Source of the DNA: Pseudomonadota bacterium
Lineage (GTDB): Bacteria; Chloroflexota; UBA5177
DNA length: 64,000 nt
Direction of reading: 5' to 3'
Assembly: GCA_021324655.1 (NCBI GenBank)
Contig: JAJPIP010000044.1
Span: forward strand, 12,840 to 76,839
Shown: piece after piece, positions 56,212-64,000 of the stretch
Layout of the letters: each line of letters begins with the position of its first letter
Position numbering within the stretch: the stretch's first letter is position 1
Notes under the pieces: model-generated
What the model was told of the DNA's origin: nothing
Database searches by the model: none
What the model saw: only the letters and a program-made list of their open reading frames with translations
Position numbers and translations under genes: made by a program

Positions 56212-57035
56212 TCACGCCTTGGGCACCGCGCGCTGGGCGGCGGGCTCGCGAGCGAGATACTGCGCGATGAGCACGATGGGAATGGAGATCGAGACCACGA
56301 CCACGGCGATGGCATCGATCTCCGGGAAGTTGATGCCCTGGCGGATGTGGCTCAGGATCCACAGCGGCAGCGTATTCTGGGCGCCGATCAGGAAAAAGGT
56401 CACGATCACCTCATCGAGCGAGAGGGTAAAGGCAAGAAGTGCGCCGGCGATGATCGCTCACGGATGCTGGGGAGAGTCACGTACCAGAACGTCTGCCAGC
56501 CGTCGGCTCCCAGATCCATGGAGGCCTCTTCCAGAGACCGGCTGGTACGCCGCAAACGGGCCAGCACGTTGTTCATCACGAGCACGATACAGAAGGTGGC
56601 ATGACCGATGGCCACCGTGACCAGCGAGAGCTCGAAGGGAAGGCCCCACTGCGTGAGCTGCGTGAACCAGGTCGTCATGGCGACTCCGGTGATGATGCCG
56701 GGAAGCAGGATCGGCAGTGTGATGCCGAAGTTGAGCGCTTCTCGCCCGAGGAAGCGGAAGCGTTGCAGCGCGAAGGCCGCCGCCGTCCCCAGGAAGACGG
56801 CCACGATGGTGGCCTCGACCGCGACCTGGACACTGTTTTCCAGCGCGGTCCAGGGATCGGGGTCGCTGAACAGCACGTGGAACCACTGCAGAGACGGCTG
56901 CTGCGGCGGCCAGCTCGTGATGGTATCGCTGTTGAACGCGTAGATGAAGATAATCAGCAGCGGGAGATAGAGGAACGCATACACCAGCAGGGCCGCTGTG
57001 CCGAGCGAAAGGCGGACGCGGAGAGGGGTTCTCAC
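56212..57035 (-). pseudogene. potC: Polyamine ABC permease (PotC-like) with a 1-nt frameshift
   Basis: ...VTLPSIR continues in another frame as AIIAGALLAFTLSLDEVIVTFF; one base missing near 56459. Confidence 0.85.
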
Positions 57036-57940
57036 AGGGCCTCCAGAACGCCGAAACGGCGAGCAATTGCCAGGAAGACGGTGAGCACGATCAGCGGCAG
57101 GATGGCCAGAGCCGCCCCGAAGGGATAGTTATACGCGATGCCGAATTGATCGGCGATCACGTTGCCGATGAACTGTGTTCCATTCCCCATCAACAGTGGC
57201 GTGATGAAATCGCCCATCGAGAGCGAGAAGACGAAAATGCTTCCCGCCAGGATGCCGGGGAAGGCCAGCGGCCAGACCACGTGGAGAATCGTGCGCCAAC
57301 CGCGTGCCCCCAGGTCGCTTGATGCTTCGTAGAGCGAGGGTGGGATTCGCTCGATCGCGGCGTACACGGGAATCACCATGTAGGGGAGCCAGATCTGCAA
57401 GAGGGTGATATAGACCGCCGTGTTGCTGTAGAGCAGCGCGGAGATGGGCTGATGGACGACGTGGATGCCGATGAGAAAGGTATTGAGCAGGCCGTCACGG
57501 CCCAGGATGGTCTTCCAGGCAAAGACGCGGACGAGATAGCTGCTCCACAGGGGAATCAACACTGCCAGATAGAGGAGGTGGCGCCAGCGTCGGGTGTAGC
57601 GGACCAGGAAGTAGGCGAGCGGGAGGGCGAGGACGATGGCGCTCAATGTGACGAGTGACGCCATCACGACGGTGCGCCGTAGCACGTCCAGCCACACCGG
57701 CTCGGAGAAGATCTGGGTGTAGTTCGCCAGCGTCCACACCTGGACGACGTTGTAATTCTGGATCTGCCAGAGACTCTCGAGGAGAAGGTAGACCAACGGA
57801 CCCAGGTAGAAGCCCGCCATCCAGATCAGCGGCGGACCCAAGACGAGGGCGAGCGCGAGCCGGCGGTGGGCTCGCACCTGGCGAGCGACGGCGCGCCGGG
57901 CGGTGACGGCGCGGGGCAGGGCGCCTTCGTACGTTGCCAT
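57032..57940 (-). CDS. potB: Polyamine ABC permease (PotB-like)
   Basis: SYLVRVFAW, LPYMVIP, EASSDLGA and GDFITP motifs. Confidence 0.9.
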   Translation of the reverse strand: MATYEGALPRAVTARRAVARQVRAHRRLALALVLGPPLIWMAGFYLGPLVYLLLESLWQIQNYNVVQVWTLANYTQIFSEPVWLDVLRRTVVMASLVTLSAIVLALPLAYFLVRYTRRWRHLLYLAVLIPLWSSYLVRVFAWKTILGRDGLLNTFLIGIHVVHQPISALLYSNTAVYITLLQIWLPYMVIPVYAAIERIPPSLYEASSDLGARGWRTILHVVWPLAFPGILAGSIFVFSLSMGDFITPLLMGNGTQFIGNVIADQFGIAYNYPFGAALAILPLIVLTVFLAIARRFGVLEAL

Positions 57941-57957
57941 GATGGTCCGAGAAAGCG

Positions 57958-57981
57958 GGGGACCGGCTCCCGCCGGTCCCC
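57958..57981 (-). terminator. Intergenic hairpin downstream of the SBP gene
   Basis: GGGGACCGGC-tccc-GCCGGTCCCC. Confidence 0.6.
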
Positions 57982-57989
57982 CACTGGAC

Positions 57990-59066
57990 TCAGCCCTTAA
58001 TCTCGTTCCAGATCAGCTGCCACTGTGTGTAGTTGGGCGGCGTCTGCCAGAACTTCAGCGTGTCGAAGTAGTGCGTGTCCGTGATGTGGAGCGCCTTCGC
58101 CTCACTTGCCGGCAGCAGCCTGGCCGTCTTCAAGTTGGCGGGGCTGTAGTCGGTAACGGCGACGACCTTCTTCTGCACCTGTGGGGAAAGCGCGTAGTTC
58201 ATCCAGGCGTAGGCGCAGGCCACGTGCGAGCTGTGGCTGGAGAGCATCCAGGTATCGGCCCAGCCGGTGGCACCCTCACGCGGCACCGTATCCGCCACCG
58301 GCACATGCGCTTGCTTCAGCTGCACGGTCATCAACGGCCATCCGGCGCCGGCCACGACCTCGCCGTTCTTGAAGAGCTGGTCGAATTCGCCGGCCGAGGT
58401 CCAGTAGGTACGAATGAGCGGACGCTGGGCCATCAGCACGTTCTTGATCCTCGCGAGCTGTGCGTTGCTCAGGTTGTACGGATGCTTGTAGTGCAGGTAG
58501 ACGGCGACATCGGCGATCTGAATGGGATTGTCGGGGATCGTGATGCGCCCTTTGTAGGCGTGGCTGTAAATGACGCTCCAGCTGGTGGGAGCCTTATGGA
58601 AGACGTGCGTGTTGTAGATCAGCACGTCGGGGCCCCACATGAAGGACACGCCGTAGTGCTTGCCGTTGACGGTATTGTGCGGCGGGCTCTTCAACTGTGG
58701 GGCGAGATTCTTCCAGTTGGGGATCTTGCTGACATTCACGGGCTGGACGGCGCCGGAATGGATGAAGCGAAGCGATGCGTCGCCCGAGGCGGACACCAGG
58801 TCGTAGGCGGTCCCACCGCCGGCCCGGAACTTTGCGAACATCTCGTCGCTGGACCCGGCGTAGGTCACGTTGATGTGACAGCCGGTCTGCGCCTCAAATG
58901 GCCTGACGAAAGAGGGGTCGGCATACCCCTCCCAGGCGATCATATTGAGCGGTCCCCCGATCTTGCCGGCGGCGTGCCGACTGACCTGAGCCGAGCTGAC
59001 CGCGCCGCCCAGGGCGCTCAAAGCGAGTATCAGGGCCAGGGACGCGAGAGCGAGTAACTTCTTCAT
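57990..59066 (-). CDS. potD: Polyamine ABC substrate-binding protein (PotD/YdcS-like)
   Basis: WEGY, PFE..TGC, SGDAS, WG and PREGATGWAD motifs. Confidence 0.88.
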   Translation of the reverse strand: MKKLLALASLALILALSALGGAVSSAQVSRHAAGKIGGPLNMIAWEGYADPSFVRPFEAQTGCHINVTYAGSSDEMFAKFRAGGGTAYDLVSASGDASLRFIHSGAVQPVNVSKIPNWKNLAPQLKSPPHNTVNGKHYGVSFMWGPDVLIYNTHVFHKAPTSWSVIYSHAYKGRITIPDNPIQIADVAVYLHYKHPYNLSNAQLARIKNVLMAQRPLIRTYWTSAGEFDQLFKNGEVVAGAGWPLMTVQLKQAHVPVADTVPREGATGWADTWMLSSHSSHVACAYAWMNYALSPQVQKKVVAVTDYSPANLKTARLLPASEAKALHITDTHYFDTLKFWQTPPNYTQWQLIWNEIKG

Positions 59067-59093
59067 ACATCCTCCCTTGACTATTCCGCAGGT

Positions 59094-60260
59094 CTACGCA
59101 GTAGCTGACGATGCCTGGAGGCCGCGCGAGTGATCGTGGACCGATCCCGGCAGGATGATGGTGGAGTCGGGGGCCCAGCTCAGATCGACGTCCTCACCGC
59201 GGACCGCGATCGGTCCGGCAGCCTGGTTCTGGGCGAGAACCGCGAATGATTGGTCCCCGACGGTCACGTCGTAGCGCGTGAAAGCGCCGGCATACGACAC
59301 GTCGGCGACGCGTCCGCGGAGGGCATGGGATCCGGCCCAGGAATCCGGATGGATCTGGATCTTCTCGGGACGAACGGCTATTAGAACCTCCTCTCCAACG
59401 TGACGGTCGGCGGTTGCCGCCAGGATTGGTCCGATGCCGGGCACCTCGATCCGGCACACGCCGTCGCAGGCGATCACCCGCCCCGCCAGGATGTTGCTGA
59501 CGCCGACAAAACCGGCGACAAAGGCATTGGCCGGATGCTCGTAGACGGTGGACGGCGGGCCCACCTGCTCCAGAGTGCCGTCGCGCATCACGGCGATGCG
59601 GTCTGCCATGCTCATGGCTTCTTCCTGGTCATGCGTGACGTAAATGAACGTAATGCCAACCTCACGCTGGATCCGCTTCAGCTCGAGCTGCATCTCACGC
59701 CGGAGCTTGAGATCGAGCGCTCCCAGCGGCTCGTCGAGCAGCAGCACGGCTGGCGTGTTGATGAGAGCGCGCGCCAGGGCGACGCGCTGTCGCTGGCCGC
59801 CGGAGAGTTGTGAGGGGCGGCGCCGATCGAGGCCCGAGAGGCGCACCAGATCGAGCGCATCCCCCACGCGCCGCGCCCGCTCCTTCCGCTCCACCCGCTT
59901 CACCTTGAGGCCGTAGCCGATGTTTTCGGCCACGGTCATGTGGGGGAAGAGCGCGTAATCCTGGAACACCGTGTTGACAGGCCGGTCGTACGGCGCGGCC
60001 GAGGTCACATCGCGGTTTTGCAGGTAGATCCGACCCGCCGACGGCTCCTCAAAGCCTCCGATGAGACGTAAGGTCGTCGTCTTACCGGAACCACTGGCTC
60101 CGAGGAGGGAGAAGAACTCCCCGCGGGCGATCTCCAGATCGGTTGGACGCAACGCCCAGACGTCTCCGAAGCGCTTGCTGGCCCCTTCGAGCCGAACGTC
60201 GGCGGTCTCCGACTCTGGTCCGGCTGCGCGATTGTCAGGCGCTCGTATCGGCGTCACCAC
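59094..60260 (-). CDS. potA: Polyamine ABC ATPase (PotA-like)
   Basis: GASGSGKT, FQDYALFPH, LSGGQRQR, LLDEP and HDQEEA motifs; C-terminal TOBE-like region. Confidence 0.93.
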   Translation of the reverse strand: MVTPIRAPDNRAAGPESETADVRLEGASKRFGDVWALRPTDLEIARGEFFSLLGASGSGKTTTLRLIGGFEEPSAGRIYLQNRDVTSAAPYDRPVNTVFQDYALFPHMTVAENIGYGLKVKRVERKERARRVGDALDLVRLSGLDRRRPSQLSGGQRQRVALARALINTPAVLLLDEPLGALDLKLRREMQLELKRIQREVGITFIYVTHDQEEAMSMADRIAVMRDGTLEQVGPPSTVYEHPANAFVAGFVGVSNILAGRVIACDGVCRIEVPGIGPILAATADRHVGEEVLIAVRPEKIQIHPDSWAGSHALRGRVADVSYAGAFTRYDVTVGDQSFAVLAQNQAAGPIAVRGEDVDLSWAPDSTIILPGSVHDHSRGLQASSATA

Positions 60261-60353
60261 GGATCACCGCCCGATGGAATGCGTTGCACTATAACCTTTG
60301 CGTCCCCGATTCCGCAAGATCAGCAACTTCCGCTAGCGGTTTTCGTAATTGAT

Positions 60354-61982
60354 CTAGGGGAAGATGCCCGCCTTGTAGTCGGAGAGGATCTCGTTGGCGG
60401 CGCGCTGGCCTTCTTCGGCGCCTCCTTCCATGTAGCCCTGGAAGTTGATGGAGCAGTGCTCACCGGCGAAGTGGGTTTTTCCCTGGCGCACCCGCTCGTA
60501 GCCGCTAAAGCCGACGTACTGTCCGACTTTCCAGCAGGAGTAGCTACCCAGCAGGTTTGGATCCTGCCACGGCGTGCTGATCGCCGCCAGGCCGGTGTAA
60601 TTGGCGTGTGCACCGGGCCAGACAGTTTCAAGCTGGTTCAGGTACGGCTGCACCCACTGGTTGGCATCCGAGGATCCGGTGGTCGTTTCGTAGGGGGATG
60701 CTGCCGTAATCGCGGCGCCGTTACTGCCGCCCGTGAAGAGAACGAGGATGCCCGTACTGCCCGATTGGCCCCGCGTCGCGTCCCAGGCGTTCTCGAACGG
60801 TAGATCGGTGTAAATGTTCCCATCGCTAACACCGGGCCACGGACCGGTGCTGTTCCAGTACCGGCTGCTGAACTGCAGGTTGAACTTGGTGTTGGTCCCG
60901 TACCCGAGCTGCGTGATGGCGGTCTGCTTGAGATTGTCGAAGCCGGCCTTGCTGTAGTCCAGGGTCCGCAGCACGGAAAAGGGAATGGCGAGGATGACGC
61001 GGTCGAACGTTTGCGCCTGGTTACCCTTCGGGGTGGCGAAGGTGCAGGTAATGCTACCGTCACTGTTCGTCACGATTTTCGTCATCTTCCACTGCATCTG
61101 GATGGTGCAGTTCGGCGCGCCGGTCTGCACCTGGGACGTGATCGCCGCCGGTAGCTGCTGGTTCCCGCCCAGGATGTGGTACCGCTCATCGGACAGCCCG
61201 TAGATCGAGAACTCTCCCGGCGAGGCCTGGTAACCGAGGAGGTACACGATGTTGAGGGAACTCTGGACGGTCGTATCGAGGCCATATTCCTGGTTGTAAG
61301 CGGAATCGAGCAGCGCGCCCAGATTTGAGGCGTGGCCGCCGGGGACGAATTGCTCGATCCACTGGTACACGCTGATGCTGTCGAGATACTGGCCGTACGA
61401 CGTGTACTGGTTGTAGAGCGTGGGGAACGGCGCCTGCTGGACCTGCCCCTGCAGGGTATTGTGCACCGGCTTGAAGTCGGAGGTCGCCTGCGCGTATGTG
61501 TAGTACTGCCCGTGCACGTAGTACGTGTCCTGCGAGCCGGACGGCTGCGCCTGGACCATGTCCACCGTGGACAGATTAAAACGCTGGGCCAGATGGAGGA
61601 TGAGCTTGTGCCCGGTGTCGATCAGCTCTCCGCACCACTCGGAGGTCTGCCCGTTCTGCCAGAAGCCGCTCTCGAGGGAGTGCATGCGGCCGCCGAGGCG
61701 GTTGGACGATTCGAACACGGTGCTGGCGTAGCCGGCGTCCTGCAGCGTCAGCGCAGCGGTCAGTCCGGCGATGCCTCCCCCGATGATCCCGATGCGGGGC
61801 GCCGAGGCCGCCCGAACCACGGCGTCCGGACCAAGGACGGCGAGCGTCGCCGCCCCGGCCCCGGCAGCCGCCAGGAAGTTGCGCCGCGAGATCTCGAGCT
61901 CCGCGCGCTCCCGCTGGTCGCCCGCCTCCTGGTGCTCTCGAGCTATCCGCATGACCCAGTTCATCAACGGTGTGCGAGCCAT
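60354..61982 (-). CDS. Flavin monoamine oxidase family protein with twin-Arg motif
   Basis: SRRNFL plus hydrophobic segment; GGGIAG, RLGGR, FAGEH...GYMEG motifs. Confidence 0.9.
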   Translation of the reverse strand: MARTPLMNWVMRIAREHQEAGDQRERAELEISRRNFLAAAGAGAATLAVLGPDAVVRAASAPRIGIIGGGIAGLTAALTLQDAGYASTVFESSNRLGGRMHSLESGFWQNGQTSEWCGELIDTGHKLILHLAQRFNLSTVDMVQAQPSGSQDTYYVHGQYYTYAQATSDFKPVHNTLQGQVQQAPFPTLYNQYTSYGQYLDSISVYQWIEQFVPGGHASNLGALLDSAYNQEYGLDTTVQSSLNIVYLLGYQASPGEFSIYGLSDERYHILGGNQQLPAAITSQVQTGAPNCTIQMQWKMTKIVTNSDGSITCTFATPKGNQAQTFDRVILAIPFSVLRTLDYSKAGFDNLKQTAITQLGYGTNTKFNLQFSSRYWNSTGPWPGVSDGNIYTDLPFENAWDATRGQSGSTGILVLFTGGSNGAAITAASPYETTTGSSDANQWVQPYLNQLETVWPGAHANYTGLAAISTPWQDPNLLGSYSCWKVGQYVGFSGYERVRQGKTHFAGEHCSINFQGYMEGGAEEGQRAANEILSDYKAGIFP

Positions 61983-62083
61983 AGTCCCTTCCTTCCTGGA
62001 GAATGAGTGGGATTGCAGGGGGTCGCCGGTCCCGCCGTCGCGGGACTTTTTACTGAACCGAGAGCGTGACGCGCCCTACGCGC

Positions 62084-62112
62084 AACGTAGCTGACGGAGT
62101 GCACGTTGTCAA
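62084..62112 (-). promoter_or_regulatory. Sigma70 promoter upstream of the amine oxidase gene
   Basis: Minus strand TTGACA-N17-TACGTT, overlapped by the inverted repeat GACGGAGTG/CACTCCGTC. Confidence 0.55.
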
Positions 62113-62145
62113 CGCCCACTCCGTCCAGGACAACTGCGTCTCCTC

Positions 62146-62892
62146 TTAGCTCGGCGTGCCGTGCAGCACGCCGGCCGGCGGCACGATGGTGAGAGGCTGA
62201 TTGAAGGGACCGTAGCGTTGGTCGAAGGTCTCGTGGGTGATGGGCCGGCCTTTGATGGTGACGACGGCTTGTTCCTGGATCCGCGTCACGTAGCGTGTTG
62301 GGCCGGGCGAGATCAGGATGGAGGCGGTTCCGGCCGTGGTGCCCTGTTTGACCTTGGTATGCGGGCGATAGATCGGCTGCTTGAACCCGCCGTGGAAGAT
62401 GACGGAGCCGTCGGAGGACGTCTGTTCGGTAAAGGTGATTCCGCTGAAGGCCGGCACCGTGGTGCGCCCCCGATACCAGCACGTTTCGCTGAGACGGTCG
62501 CAGAAGCTCATCCCGGAATGTGTCTGCCACTGGTCCTTCTTGAGGAGCGTCGAGCGGTAATAGGTGCGCCCGTTCATGAAGATGATGTCGATCGTGTAGT
62601 GGATGGTGCGCACCTTGCCGGAGCTGAGACGCGTGCGCACGGTAAAGACCTCCCGGTCGCGTTCGCGGTTGCGGACCTCGTCCTCCTGACCGCTGGCTAT
62701 CTGGTGCACGGTGATCGGCCCGGCCGTTTGCACTGTCGTGTCCTGATAGACGATGGTGCGCACGGTGTTGGTGTTGTGCACGGCGGACTGCAGCAGCTCC
62801 CGGGGCGTTGTAGCGGCGTGCGCGAGGCCGGACAGGCTAACGAGACCGGCGGCGGCCGGGACGGCGAGGCGGGCAAGAAGGCGAGGGCGAAT
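62146..62892 (-). CDS. Secreted beta-rich hypothetical protein with probable non-canonical ATT start
   Basis: Signal peptide IRPRLLARLAVPAAAGLVSLSGLAHA in frame upstream of GTG 62781; GGAGG 7 nt before ATT. Confidence 0.7.
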   Translation of the reverse strand: MRPRLLARLAVPAAAGLVSLSGLAHAATTPRELLQSAVHNTNTVRTIVYQDTTVQTAGPITVHQIASGQEDEVRNRERDREVFTVRTRLSSGKVRTIHYTIDIIFMNGRTYYRSTLLKKDQWQTHSGMSFCDRLSETCWYRGRTTVPAFSGITFTEQTSSDGSVIFHGGFKQPIYRPHTKVKQGTTAGTASILISPGPTRYVTRIQEQAVVTIKGRPITHETFDQRYGPFNQPLTIVPPAGVLHGTPS

Positions 62893-62969
62893 GATGGAAC
62901 CTCCGGATCTGGAACGACGTTACCGCGATGGTAGCAGAGTGCAACTCCCCTTTCCGGCGACGGGTGCCA

Positions 62970-64000
62970 TCAGTGCTTCCCCAGGATCTCGGCGGGCGAG
63001 CGGCCGCTGGGCGGTTTGCCGGTGCGCTCCGCCTTGAGGTCGATGCGCTCGTATTCGCGTTGCAGAAAGCGCATGCCCAGCCAGCGTAGCGGCTCCGGTT
63101 CCCAGTCGGGCGAGCGGTGGTTCACGAAGGGCAGGGACGTGAGCTCGGAGGGCACGCCGGTGATCAGATGAGCGAGGGTGCGGCCGGCCAGGTTGGTTGT
63201 CGCCACCCCCTGACCCGTATACCCGCGCGCCGTGGCAATGCCGGTTGCCGGGTCGAACGCCACCGTCGGCATCCAGTCGCGCGGCATGCCGACGGGTCCT
63301 CCCCAGTGATGGGTGAAGGAGACGTCTCGCAGCCCGGGGAACCAGGCATAGAAGAGACTCTGAATCATGCGGTGGGTTCGGTCGTGTCGGTCGTACGCAT
63401 CGTCGATGCGTGAGTCGTAGTGGTACGGCGCTCCGCGGCTGCCGAAGAGGATGCGGCCATCGCGCGTCCGGGCCAGGTAGTCCACCGTGTAGCGGAAAGA
63501 GGAGAGGCACTCGCGTCCCGCCCAGCCGATCCGCTCCCACTGCTCGGCGGACAGCGGCTCGGTGAGCGCGATCAGGGAGTAGAGCGGCATGATCTTGCGG
63601 TGGAAAGCCCGCAGGCGGGAGAGATAGGCCTCACCACAGAGCACCACGACCCCAGCCCGTATCTCGCCTCCCTCGGTCACCAGGCGCGGTGTGGGCACGC
63701 TCGGCACGTCGACGACAGGCGAACCTTCGTAGATCGTCACACCGTGCCGTTCCACGACCCGGGCGAGCCCCCGGACCAGGGCAGCCGGGTGCACGGTGGC
63801 GCAGTCCGGATTGAAGAGACTGCCCTGCGCCTCCGTCACCTTGACGCGCTGTTCCGTCTGGGCGGCGTCCAGTAGCGTAAAGTGATCCGCGAGACCCAGA
63901 TCACGGTAGGCGGCATAAGCGGCATGCAAAGCCGGCACCTGATGACGGCCACGGGCGATTCGCAGGACGCCGGACTTGTTGAAGTGAGCGTCAATGTTTT
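62970..64000 (-). CDS. FAD-dependent oxidoreductase (DAO/PuuB-like); 5'-truncated by the window edge
   Basis: HPAALVRGLA, TEPL, DGRILFG, WGGP and GYTGQGVA motifs; WEPEP tail. Confidence 0.88.
   Translation of the reverse strand, partial: NIDAHFNKSGVLRIARGRHQVPALHAAYAAYRDLGLADHFTLLDAAQTEQRVKVTEAQGSLFNPDCATVHPAALVRGLARVVERHGVTIYEGSPVVDVPSVPTPRLVTEGGEIRAGVVVLCGEAYLSRLRAFHRKIMPLYSLIALTEPLSAEQWERIGWAGRECLSSFRYTVDYLARTRDGRILFGSRGAPYHYDSRIDDAYDRHDRTHRMIQSLFYAWFPGLRDVSFTHHWGGPVGMPRDWMPTVAFDPATGIATARGYTGQGVATTNLAGRTLAHLITGVPSELTSLPFVNHRSPDWEPEPLRWLGMRFLQREYERIDLKAERTGKPPSGRSPAEILGKH

Noticed and set aside
62029-62051. Hairpin plus T-tract (GTCCCGC-cgtc-GCGGGAC-TTTTT) as a riboswitch terminator
   Set aside because: The T-tract is on the strand opposite to the genes and no known aptamer was recognised
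1-64000. rRNA, tRNA, CRISPR, IS/transposase or prophage genes
   Set aside because: None recognised by eye; intergenic gaps are short. A covariance-model search would be needed to exclude small ncRNAs

Overview
Gene-dense, high-GC bacterial chromosomal window. The gene repertoire and the absence of outer-membrane genes suggest a monoderm, Chloroflexota-like organism (inference). It has about 65 CDS and no recognisable rRNA, tRNA, CRISPR array or transposase. Main blocks: (1) 4.9-16.2 kb, a metal/redox envelope cluster with a COG4315 protein, tatA plus a Tat-exported ferritin-like protein, two cupredoxins, a Cys-rich regulator facing folE-reductase, and an ECF sigma coupled to an anti-sigma-like Rieske protein. 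Four of these units share an upstream TGTAACC-N5/6-CGTA(T/C) motif. (2) 19.7-28.6 kb, a heme-copper oxidase cluster whose subunits I/II lack the canonical D- and K-channel residues, with an atypical cupredoxin and an unannotated 52-aa COX2-TM-like protein. (3) Carotenoid genes (crtYc/Yd-crtI-crtB) back-to-back with a Mo-oxidoreductase, glycosyltransferase, acyltransferase and methyltransferase. (4) A GntR-linked peptide-ABC catabolic operon. (5) Two STAND regulators with visible candidate operators. (6) A polyamine uptake/catabolism operon with a frameshifted potC. The best candidates for undescribed systems are the ECF-Rieske regulon and the atypical oxidase cluster. All calls come from reading motifs by eye; no database searches were run.
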